The notes under the pieces are model-generated. The model did not search any database. It was not told where the DNA came from and saw nothing but the letters and a program-made list of their open reading frames with translations. A stretch of DNA of 63,999 nucleotides, filler included, from Circinaria calcarea (Eukaryota): NCBI GenBank assembly GCA_051942165.1. It is 13 parts of 13 records of this genome, joined end to end, with 100 filler letters (N's around TTAATTAATTAA, not from the genome) between each part and the next. Parts side by side here need not be neighbours in the genome. Positions count along the whole stretch, not along the records: positions 19,855 to 24,709 come from JAVECS010002151.1; positions 24,810 to 29,664 come from JAVECS010002152.1; positions 29,765 to 34,606 come from JAVECS010002153.1; 10 more parts are not named here. One strand, 5' to 3'. Of this stretch, positions 22,104 through 32,657 are shown piece after piece. Made by a program: the position numbers and the translations under genes. Position 1 is the first letter of the stretch. Every line of letters begins with the position of its first letter.

Positions 22104-24257
22104 TTAGATCCATGTTGCAATACTAATATTCTTAGAGGAAACCCAATCTCTAGCTCCGCTGTCCCAAACATCTTCCGCGAAAATGGTAGAATTGATTTGA
22201 TGATACAGATAGAAGGCACTAGAGTTGATAGCGGCAAATCTTGCAAATGGAAACGGAGAAGCTGGTTTTCGGGGAGGAACTCCGAACGGAAACATAAGAC
22301 TACCTCTAAATTCAATCATTATCAATTCGCTCTGATTTACCCAGAGAGCAAAGTTTCCGCCGGACTCTGGGATAAATAGGTCCGATGCTTGCATCAAAGC
22401 AATCTCGTTTGAGGAAGGGGTTTGGTCCAAATTGTCTATAGAGCCCCATGGAAATGGAAACCCCGAGCTATCAGCTGTAGTCAATTTAGCATTAGATTTA
22501 AACTCGCTGTTATAAACCTACAGTTCGAGAAGCTATTGTTATCTGGATAACATTCTATCGCGAATAAGTCCGAATAATTATGTCGATCAAACAGATATAT
22601 CGGAAATGGCCAGAAAATAGCTGTATTGTTGTATTCCGGACGGCCCTCATACTGTGTACTGGAAAATCCAAAGGGAGGAGCAAAGGTTATCCCTGGACGC
22701 GATATATTGTATTCCCCTGTTATATCTTGCCAATTCCACGAGAGCTGTGTCTGGTCGAAGTCAAAACTATAACCGTGATCAATTTGTTCACCTAATAATA
22801 TCGAGACTCCGCCGTTTATTGATTCGTAAGCTAAACAGACTCTAAAGCCCACCGTTTTATTATATTCCGTGTCTAGCACGCGGAAAATCGGGGTGACAGC
22901 CAACGCTCTTGAATTTGTAGCGGTAGTGAAGTTAGCAAGATCGCCAATATCATAGTCACTATTGTCAAACCAGACGCCGCTTGCGAAAAGCGAGATCGCA
23001 AGCTTGTTAGAAGCATCGATGTAAAACAAATGAATCCCCTATATTTTATTAATACAATTATATAAATCAGCCTATAAGCTAGAGCTGCCTTACTTGCTGG
23101 CTAAAATTCGCGAACGTCTGAATAATCGCTGAAAACGGAGTGTAATTCTTCGCTTTTCCAGGTACAACCCAGGAATCAGTTGATGTCCAGGACTGGGTTT
23201 TTTGCGAATAAAATGCGTCTCTAATGGCTCCAGATAAATTTTGAAAAACCATATGCCGATTTTCATCTGAGCCTACCGCGACTGCAAATAACGAGTTATC
23301 TAGGAAGCTATGTGTAAGGGCGCTGCAATCCTTGGGGCTTATTAAGGAATATGATAAGTCCTGATTGGTGATAACACGGTTATATAGGGCGTAGTTAAAT
23401 TATTACCCTAGGTTCAATATAAAAAGAGTATATTGAACTCGTTATGGTTCTATAAGCATGCTATTCTAAAGAACGCCGAATAGCCTGTTTATATAATAGC
23501 CTGAGCACCTTAAGCACCCTGAGTATTGTCCTGTTTACTCTGCTTATTCTGCTCACCCTGAGCACCCTGAACACCCTGAGCATTATCCTGCTCACTCTGC
23601 TCACTCTGCTCAGTCACGTGGGGAAACCCGCTAGCCCATATTGGTCCTGGACCCTGAGTATGGCGTGGCGCCATAACACTATGTGGTAAAGGTATGCTAT
23701 CTTGAGAAGACTGGGGGGCTGTTGGTCCTATGCTATAGACATAAATCAGCAAATTAACTATTAATCATTCCACATTTCTCATGCCTTGATGGTAAGGTTG
23801 AACTCGTTGGTACAGCTGAGGAGGATGATCTTTTGGATCGGATTCCTAGACCAATTCCAAGCCCAACACTAAGTATCACGATTCCTAAAACAATTCCCAG
23901 GATAGTCCGGACCAAGTTTCCAGACGATCTTTTGTTGATTGCCGGGTTTAGGATCTTGGGAGTTCACACCACTTGAGTTGGTAAGAGGGATAGGGGCCTC
24001 ATTTGAATGTAGTACTTCAGGATCATTAGGAACCACTTGCTGTTAAGTATTAGCCGGGCTAAAGACTAGTCTGGTGTGAAGTGCAGACCCACCTCTGGTG
24101 CACCTGTACGTTCAAAGACTTCTGGAGCATTCAGAGCATGGTCACGCTCTGAGGCATTGCTTGTGGGATCAAACTTCACCAGTTGCAGGCTAGAGTGATG
24201 ATCCTTACCATCGTTAGCCATGATCACTTTTTCTTTAATGAGGAGGGACTGACTCAT
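22104..24257 (-). pseudogene. Single-pass membrane protein with a fungal fucose-lectin-like beta-propeller; disrupted by an LTR and a frameshift
   Basis: TM segment TILGIVLGIVILSVGLGIGLG; repeats RHMVFQNLSGAIR, AKNYTPFSA, IHLFYIDASNKL, CLAYESING and FYLYHQINSTIFAEDVWD; solo LTR inside an exon; frameshift needed at about 23900..23965. The fold call is by resemblance only. Confidence 0.65.
23313..23678. mobile_element. 366-bp solo LTR with perfect 5-bp TSD CTATG
   Basis: TGTAAGGGC...GCCATAACA termini; CTATG at 23308..23312 and 23679..23683; internal 9-bp-type repeats; related copies at 14896..15338. Confidence 0.88.
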
Positions 24258-24484
24258 TGAAAGGCGATCTGTTTAATATGGAAGTCTACGCCGCAGTCAA
24301 TTGACCGCAGTTGTTCCCCTGCAAGAAGAGGTTGGTTACACGACAGCAGAGCACAAGGCTCCTTTAGTTGATATGGGCCAATTTTAGCGTCTTGGCAGGT
24401 AAAATAATATATACCCAGTGGATCCGCGTGCTATCCAGAGAGGTTGTGTGGCGTGTCAGGGCAAAAACTATACAAAAGTAAAAA

Positions 24485-24578
24485 ATATATAACAGCTGGT
24501 ATTCGCTGGTGGTTACCCACTTAATTATTAATCAGCCGATCTTAAGCTTATATATAATAAAGCGGACGGGATGCCTAG
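24485..24578 (-). pseudogene. 5S rRNA pseudogene (about nt 26-119), RIP-mutated and 5'-truncated
   Basis: The minus strand reads CTAGGCATCCCGTCCGCT...GGGTAACCACCAGCGAATACCAGCTGTTATATAT, matching ascomycete 5S with transitions; T-run Pol III terminator at 24463..24484 on the minus strand. Confidence 0.88.
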
Positions 24579-24809
24579 ATATTTATATATTTTATAAAAA
24601 AAAATCTATTTTTAAAATAATAAAACGCTCCTTTAAGCTTTTTTGCGTTGTTTTTAAATATTTATTTTTTAATTATTTTAATTATATATTGCTTTAATAA
24701 ATATAATTANNNNNNNNNNNNNNNNNNNNNNNNNNNNNNNNNNNNNNNNNNNNTTAATTAATTAANNNNNNNNNNNNNNNNNNNNNNNNNNNNNNNNNNN
24801 NNNNNNNNN

Positions 24810-26124
24810 AACAGCGAGTCGGTTGCTTCCCAGTCAAAAATCTATTAATCGCCGAAAGAGTGATGCTCTCCCAGGCCAATATCCATCCGCTCTTCCAACA
24901 GACCCACAAATTCCGATCCTGCTACTTGCTTCACGATCAGAAAACACGACTCATGGGCAAGGTTCCTGGACCGTTCTTCTCCCATGGAAGTGTGTCTTAC
25001 CAGTATGGTATTCTCTCATGTATTATCCGCTTTCCTCGGGAGGCACTCCCCGATTTGGTTGTTTGCGAGAAATCCAACAGTTGTCATTCGAGCAAGACAT
25101 GCCATGGTTTCCGGGTGACTTTCCGGGGACGAAGGCGGGATGGGAATGGGAACTGCGTGAGCGTGATAAGCGGAAAGCTAATTGGGAAAAAAGACCCAAG
25201 GGAAAGAGGATTGAGTGGGACAGCGTTGATTTAGGGGCTGGAAGGAAAGGTGAGATTGGCATGGGTTGGGCATGTGACTGGGAAAGGTTGTTTGAAAGGC
25301 TAGGTGTACCTTCATCGGGCCTTGGAGATGATGCAGGTACCCTCAAAGTCACTGGTCAGGGTCAAGCTTCGCAGCCGGTCAGAGTATCAGAAGTTGCCCA
25401 ACAGCCGGAGGGAGCCGAAGCGCCTGAGATGACCAAGGGGCTCGAAGGAGCCAAAACGTCTAAATCGTCCAAAGCTTCGAAAGGAGCCCGAGTACCCAAA
25501 GATGGTACTACGGCCAAAGATCTTGCAGCTAGTAAGAAGGCAAAAGCCACTCAGACTCCTTACGACCTTCGCCAAGCCTTTCCTCCCCATCTCCGGTCTT
25601 TGTCAGACCCACCGTCTCCAAGAACACTAATCACTATCACCATCACCCTTCTCCACCGCGGCAGCCCAATGGCATGCGCTCGCATCTACAGACTGCCAAT
25701 GTCAAATCCTGCTCTCCATTCCGCATGGCTGCAGCAAGTTCTACCACCCCGGAGAAGATCCGCCAACCACTCTCATCCAAGATCCCCGCGCAATATATCT
25801 AACATAAAAGCCCATCCCTCCGATGCTCGCGCGTCACTAGCTTCCTCACTTCTCCACCCTCCTATCTCAACTCCTTACATTTCCTCTGACGGTATCCCCC
25901 AAGCCGGCCACCCAGACTACCCCATCGTCCCTAGCGAAGAGGACCTCATCGGCTTCGTCACAGCCGGGAATTACAATCTTGGCGAAGGTCGCGGAACGGC
26001 GATCGGAAGTGTTGCTCTCGAAAGGGTGATGAGGGAGATTAAAGGAGGAGGGAAGGGTGGGATTTGTATTATTAGAGAAGCGGGGTTGGGGGTGGGGAGG
26101 ATTGCGCGGTGGTCGTTGGTCTGA
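24810..26124 (+). CDS. POP1: RNase P/MRP subunit POP1, C-terminal part (POPLD domain); 5' end cut by contig start
   Basis: WTVLLPWKCVLPVWYSL, RFGCLRE.QQLSFE...PWFPGDFPGT.AG, WEKRPKGKR and DLIGFVTAGNYNLGEGRG motifs. Confidence 0.93.
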
Positions 26125-26393
26125 GAGGAAAAAGGGATGCAGCCAGAAGCCGTGGGGTCATGACCTTTCACCATACGAGCGATTGCCCTAGAGCTAGGGG
26201 CGCATCGTGTCACTAATCCTCGGGGCATCCAAAGGTACCTCGTAGCCGGTAGAAATTACAGTTTTACCCGAGCAATATACATGTAGAATACGTCACTGCT
26301 ATTTTAATTTAGATAACTATCCCTTACCTTAGCCTAACCTTCACAACTCTCATAGTTACAATACTACTTCCTCAATCCATCCATTGAATAACA

Positions 26394-26858
26394 ATGCCCG
26401 ACCCCGCACAGGTGAACCGCCTCCTTAGCACTATCCGCACCGAACTCGAATACCTCCGCGACGCCGGCGTGCTGCAGCCCCCACGACTACAATCTATCCG
26501 GGCCCAACTGCCCGTCAGCAACTTTGCTGTTTACCTTAGCGCCGTCTAAATCTTTCCTCCTCCATTTCCCCCTTTTCATCCTATGGCTCTCAACTTATCT
26601 TCTTTCCCCCAAACCACAGCAGCCCAACGGTCAGCCCTCCACCTGCATTGACCCGGCCCATAATACACCTGCCTTCAACCTCGGTAAATGGCGCTACAAG
26701 CCCAGGACCCCAGCCACGCGGCTCATTTGAAGAACCCAAAACACCGAGAATGGGTCAAGAGCATGGCGGCCAAGTTTGGGAACGCGGCTATGTTTTGGGC
26801 GGGGGCGACTTTCGGGGAGGTTATGGTAAACGACGTGATGCGTTGGAGGTTACTTTGA
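26394..26858 (+). pseudogene. Small LSB1/PIN3-related protein lacking the SH3 domain; two apparent frameshifts (pseudogene or homopolymer errors)
   Basis: MPDPAQVNRLLSTIRTELEYLRDAGVL...QLP, intron, then ...AAKFGNAAMF/GAGATFG..MVND, resembling the LGNAAIFGAGATIG tail of the family. Shifts at about 26686 and 26795, both in homopolymer runs. Confidence 0.6.
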
Positions 26859-27067
26859 AAAATATAAAGAGGAGCGGGGAATTGAAGGGGGAGAAGAGGG
26901 GGAATAAAAAATATTTTCTTATGTATCATTTCCAATTCTTGCCTAACATACTTACATCTAAAACCGCACTCACTATATATCATATATTTATAACCAGCAT
27001 GTATAACTCTAATATACAGAAGCTGATCTCACAGCGGGCGCTGGCGTCCAAGGGTACCGGGGGTTTC

Positions 27068-27123
27068 GGGTTACACAATGCTATTTTCGGGTTACACAAC
27101 GCCATCTTACCTGGGTTACACAA
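27068..27123 (+). repeat. Three direct copies of GGGTTACACAA
   Basis: At 27068, 27089 and 27113 (spacing 21 and 24 bp). Confidence 0.85.
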
Positions 27124-27372
27124 TTTCATCATCGCATCAGGCAGCAGGCCCGAGGCCGAAAATCCTGAACTTGGACATGGATAGAGCTCTTTTATAAACA
27201 AGTATCTCCACCTGCGATGGAGCCTTCCACTGTCATTATAGCGTTTTCTATCATATAAACTGCCCTGGTTTCTTATATTAGTCTTGACTCTGACATCTTT
27301 GTCTCAATCTTCTCCTTGTTGACCAGGGATTAGTGTTAGAAGTGGCCGAGTAGAACTTTTTTTGGTAACAAC

Positions 27373-29664
27373 ATGAGTCTTGCCCAGAGCATCCAGGCAC
27401 AATGGGATATAGGGCAATCAATTTTTACCATCAAAGATCGCATTATCGAACTTGTGAGAGCAGGATCGGAAGATGATGTTCAGCCGCAGGCAATTCTTGC
27501 GATGGAAGGACTTGGAGCCGGAATCATTGTACACAACGACCGAATCGGAGAGGGCAAGCTAGCGCTTAAGGGAGGAGAAAGTCGCAGGATGGAGAAACTG
27601 CTATTGCTTGTTGGCCTCAGTGGTGGAGGAGTAGCACGTCTCATGAGGGAGTCGACCCCTTGCATTGCCTCATTTCTATTAGCAGTGGCTTGCAAGACAT
27701 GTCTCACGGATGATGAAACCGGAGCCATTCTATACGAGATGATGGTCCTTCGCAACGTACTCCAGACAGTCCCAGTATTCAAGGAGCAGATCTGCCAATT
27801 TGTTGGTGCCATATCAGGATACGGATACAGCATACTACCCACGGACGACTTTAACAAGATTGCCACAGTAGTGCATGAGAATCTACATTATAATGGGGGT
27901 GAACTTTATGGGGGTGAACTTGTTCAACGCCTGGATGCTAAGTCAGTTGCTGAGGTTCTGGTACGCACCTTTGAAGCGCTGCAGGATGACAGTGTCACAA
28001 AAGTTACTCTTGACGGAAATCGAGCAGGAATCTGGCTGGTCTCGGTCTTTTTATGGCTAAGGCCTGATGATACTGAAGTTAAACTATACAACCGGAGGAT
28101 CTTTGGGCAATCTGGAAGCCGTCTGGAAATCACCTTATTCTCAGAAAGTATTAGTGAGCCTGGTGATTGGGCTTTCAGCGCATGGCATCTTGAGAAGAAC
28201 ATTTCCACAGTGGTCGTCCAAGCGGAGCTGGAACCATTTACAATGCACCCCACCTATTTCATAAGCCACATACCTCTTGGTTCCGCTAAATCTTATATTG
28301 CCCTTCAGTACGGAATGTCCCCTGAGAGCTTGGAAGATGTTGGTCGAGTTGCCGCAGCTTTGATTGATGTAGTATTCGAATGCGGAGAGTTTCGTGAATA
28401 TAGGTCAAATCATTCTTCACGTGGCACTTCAAAGCCATATAAACAGGTATCATTCAGAGACATCAGCCAGGCGGCATATATTTCCAAATACCACACGATT
28501 TTGGAACTTTTTGGATGGAAGCCAGAAGCTACATTCGTCAGTTCGCGACAAGCAGCTATTGTTGAGACTTTCAAGGCATGGCTTCTTACCGCAGAGCCAT
28601 CTGAAATTCTCAAAGCCGGGAGTGAAGATGTTAAAGCCGTGAGTGGAGATGTTGTAGCAGCTCTCATAGCTGTTCTACAACAGGTCCAAGATCAATACTT
28701 CAAGGATCATCAGGTTCCGCTACTGGAGAACAAGGGTTTAAAAGGGGAGTGGAGCATTTTCCAAGCAGTTATACATATCACGGTCGAGGCACTATATTTC
28801 AGCATCTGTGATCGCTTCCCCTCCGCTAGACCATTCCGACCTCTCACTCACTTCAACCTGAGCCAGAACGCCAAGGTCTTATGGCGGCTTCTGTTTCATG
28901 AGCTACCGAACGCCCAAGGGTGTCAGTTGGATGAATACAGGATCGAAGCCATTAAGGCAATGCTTCCCGGCACTCCTACCGTCGGAGAAACCGATCTCGC
29001 TGTTGAAAGTAATGGCTGTGTTGCTTTTACCAGTCCGCTTCTGCAGGTCACGACCAACAGACGTGCTTGCTATGCAGTTTCCGTCGTTCCAGGCACCCTG
29101 AGATGGGGTGAAGACAACTTACCGTTCAAGAACCTAATCGAGATTGAAGCTCAAGAATTCTATCCAAGTGTTGCCTTGTTCCAATTATCGGCTCTGGTTC
29201 AGCCATTTCGAGGTGCCGAGTACCTAGGCTTAGAGGCTCAGGCAGATCTCTTCGGCGCCCATGTGCAGATGCTAGTCAGTCCTTCTGGAAAAACCCTCAA
29301 GCTTTCCTCGTACATCAAACCCCGGGCCGAGTCAAAACCTCCTTCCCGTAGTAAGGGCCCACTTATTGAAGTGGGCTTGTTAGCATCGATTCGAGCACTG
29401 GTCTTTGCAGAGCACGTATCCGGTCATAGCATTACAGCTCTTGGGGAGAAAAGCTTGGCCGAAGCTTGGCAAGAGCGAAACATCTTCCAGCAAATAATGT
29501 GGTGTGGGGCAGGGGATGCCATCAGAGAATCGAGTTTGCAGGGATTGATTACGAGAACCAGCTCCAATGAGTCTCTCCGGTTCTTTGCAGCTGGCCGACG
29601 GCGAGGTAACTTGATAATTCGGCATACGGCACCATTGATCCAATGTATCAAAGTCGCCCTCGAT
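27373..29664 (+). CDS. Uncharacterized intronless fungal protein (>760 aa); 3' end cut by contig end
   Basis: Uninterrupted 2.3-kb ORF with globular composition; N-terminus QAQWDI...AGSEDDVQPQAILAME resembles unannotated ascomycete proteins. Confidence 0.8.
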
Positions 29665-31356
29665 NNNNNNNNNNNNNNNNNNNNNNNNNNNNNNNNNNNN
29701 NNNNNNNNTTAATTAATTAANNNNNNNNNNNNNNNNNNNNNNNNNNNNNNNNNNNNNNNNNNNNGAAGGATGGGGTGGAATGGGATGGGGGGTTATGGGA
29801 ACCGGGGAACAGCACAAGTGTACTCCTACAACCCACGTATCAATCCAATCTCCCCCCTCCCCCCCCATACCTTGGCCACTCCACTCCCAAATGTCCTCCC
29901 GAAAGCTTTTTTCTGCCATTTTTTTTGGCCGTAGGTGTGTGGGCACTTTGGAGCTTTTGGAAGGGTCAGGAGTGCCACTCATTTTCTTAGCGCCCCCCGT
30001 TTCGTCCATTCTCTCACTCGGATGCCCTAGGTTTTTTTTCAACCCAGGGTTCTCAAGGGAATAGGGACGATGAGGTGATGATGGCAGATGCCTTGGGAAC
30101 GGGATAATGGTACGGATTTTTTTGGGTTTTTTAAAAAAAAATAAACTTTCATGTTGAGATCTTTTAGTGCTCGGGGGACCCTGGCGATCGGAAGGGGCTT
30201 AAGTTTGTGGAAGATTAGGTTTTCGGGTCCTTGTACCTCTATTCAAAGTTTCCCGGGAGGGAGTGGAAGCAGGAAATTCCGGGGACGCCGGGGTTCGATC
30301 TGGTGAGATGATTGGGGTTTTTCATGAAATGATGGAAGCGGGCTTTTTCTTTTCATGATCCCGGGGTCGGGGGCGAGATGAGAGCGAAGAAGAAAAGATG
30401 GAAAGGATTTGTATGATAGTTGCGGATTTTAGGAGTTTGGTCGAACCATATTTTGCAGAAAACAAGTGAATAATTAACCGATCCCCTTTCCTTTTTTATA
30501 CTTTCTCAACTTACCCAAGAAAAGGGTTTTGGCCTTTCGCATGGCCCACGGGTTTGTCAGTTTTGGGGGGTGGAGGGGCGATTGGTCGTTTTCTATAGAG
30601 TCGTAGAGCTAGATAGGTGGAGTTTTCTTTTCCGGATTTTATTTCGCTGTTGGGAGAGTTTTAAGGGAAGGTTCAGATGTGTTCCTACAGGATAATCTTG
30701 GGAGATCGGAGATCGGAGATCGGAAGCGTGGACTGTACCTGAAACTACTGTAGCTGGGGTTATTGTATCTATTCTACCAGAATCTCAAGTACCATCTCCC
30801 CACTCGCAAATCCCTCTCGTCTTTTCCCGGCTTCTTCCTCATCTCCATCCTTTTACCGTGATCGTGGACAGATGCTGTAGCCGTAGCAGTAGCCGTGCCA
30901 GCCGTCCAAGAAGTTGGACCCAAAATAGTCAAGATCCCACAGCCGTGCTCTCACTCCCCATCCTCATCTCATCTCTTGCCTCCCTTGTCCCCTTCCCATC
31001 CCGCACCTTGCCTAACCTCGCCTAGCCCATCGCGTTCCATCTTACCTTTCACCTCTCACCTCTACTCTCCTACCTCCCTCTCACCACTTACCTAGGGGAA
31101 AGACGTATCGATAAGTGCTTAGGATGGTTTTCGACTATGTTCGTTGGGGGAGGGCACGGGAAGGGGAGGTGATCGAAAAAAGGACAAGGAAGACTTCGCC
31201 GTCAAAGTCTCTTCCTCAGCAGAACAGATACCAAACCTCCCTCTTCCTTCCTTGAGTCAGACAAGTAGCGGACTGAGTTCCTGCTAAGAAGCGGACGTCA
31301 CGCTGCAGAAAAGGGATGGGTGGGCAATGTTGTGCTGCTGGTGGAGTTATTTATCC

Positions 31357-31548
31357 TCATCCCTTTTCCTTCTCTAAAAAGCAAAAGAGTGCTAATAACC
31401 AAACCTCTACTCTTCCCCCGCCTTGGAGTTTCCCGTGCTTCAGCCGGTATCCGTAGCAGCATTCGCAGAGCATGTCCGTCATTGGTTTCCCTACATTCAT
31501 GTTGTAGAAGGGACCTTTTGTCGATTGGCAGTGGTGACAGTTGCTCAA
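31357..31548 (-). pseudogene. GATA-like zinc-finger relic
   Basis: CHHC-x20-CECC followed by YGYRLKHGK; out of frame with the upstream repeat-containing frame. Confidence 0.5.
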
Positions 31549-31675
31549 TAGGAGAAATAGCTGTTGGACCTAATTTCATTGGTTCTTCTGTCTCTTGCTC
31601 AATGGGAGAAAGGGCCATTGGACCTATGTTCATCAATTGTTTCATCTCCTGTTCAAGGAGGAAAGGACCACTGAA
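31541..31675 (-). repeat. 54-bp (18-aa) degenerate tandem repeat, about 2.5 copies
   Basis: Units start at 31541, 31595 and 31649; they encode GPMALSPIEQETEEPMKL/GPTAISPIEQ. Confidence 0.75.
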
Positions 31676-32149
31676 TCTAAATCTAGCGGTTGTTCCATCT
31701 CTTGCTCAGTGGAGGAAAGGGTCATCGACGGAGTGCTTGAGAACATTGCCCATGCAGCTTGTCTGCGTTTCACATCTCTTTGAAACTTGGTTGGTACTCG
31801 CTATCATCTAACCTCGGTACAAACAGTCATAAAACTCCTACCCCTTCCAAATAAGCCAAGGTTAGGTGAGTGATGCCCTAGTTGTTCCCCACATTTCTAA
31901 CAATGATCTTTTGCAAACCCCTCAGGATTAAGTTTCTGTGATACGAGTGCCAGTCATCTCCATCTCTCGCCATGGCATTGATGAAATTGGTGACATTACT
32001 GGTGTCCATGGCAGAAGACGTAACTGATTGGTTCGGGGTTGAGCTTTTGAGAAGCTCTCCATCAAGTTCTGTCGAGAATCTTGTAGTCACCTTCCCCCGG
32101 CCAATTCGGCACCATTGATTTTGGTTGGCATGAACCCCGGCTTCTATAA

Positions 32150-32657
32150 AACTAACAGCATTCGCAATGACACAGATTCCACAATCGTTCGAGCCATATT
32201 CTTATCGTCCGCATTATTTTGGTTCTGCCTCCCATATAATACCAGATAACCACGAGCTAGGCTTGTGACCTGCTCATAGCAGGATACTTTCACAGTCTGA
32301 AGTTTTGGATCTTGATTCCAGCTCATATATAAGCAGAGAGTTTTACCATGGGAGTAATCCTTTGCTAGAGTTTATTATTATGGCAACACACAAGATCCAA
32401 TGCTGACTTGACACATTCAGCGGTATTATTAGATGAGTGCAGGCGTTTCCTAAGCCTAGAGTTAGGAAAAAATCTTTCTGTGCAGCTTTCGCCCTTTCCG
32501 AATAGAACTCTATTGTGGTTAAGAACACCATAGAACACTGAGCGTTCTTTCGAATTATATAACTAACATACGCCGCGATTACTTCGTCTTTTATATACTG
32601 AGTCGGCAGTATGCTTCGAAGATCTCTAGGCCGGATATTTGCCCCTGTGTTCTTCAT
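32150..32657 (-). pseudogene. Ulp1-like (C48) cysteine protease pseudogene
   Basis: A single frame reads YIKDEVIAAYV...IIPLNVSSQHWILCV...W*NSL...CGR*EYGSNDCGICVIANA, with four stops. Confidence 0.78.

Noticed and set aside
23510..23752. 80-aa ORF with EQS/QG repeats as a prion-like peptide
   Set aside because: It is read-through from an interrupted exon into LTR internal repeats.
26648..27184. 178-aa ORF with GLHNAIF repeats
   Set aside because: No ATG start; it overlaps the LSB1-like gene in a shifted frame, and the peptide repeat just reflects the DNA 11-mer repeat.
29765..30730. Purine/pyrimidine-skewed stretch and (GGAGATC)x3
   Set aside because: Low-complexity contig end; no coding or structural signal I can support.
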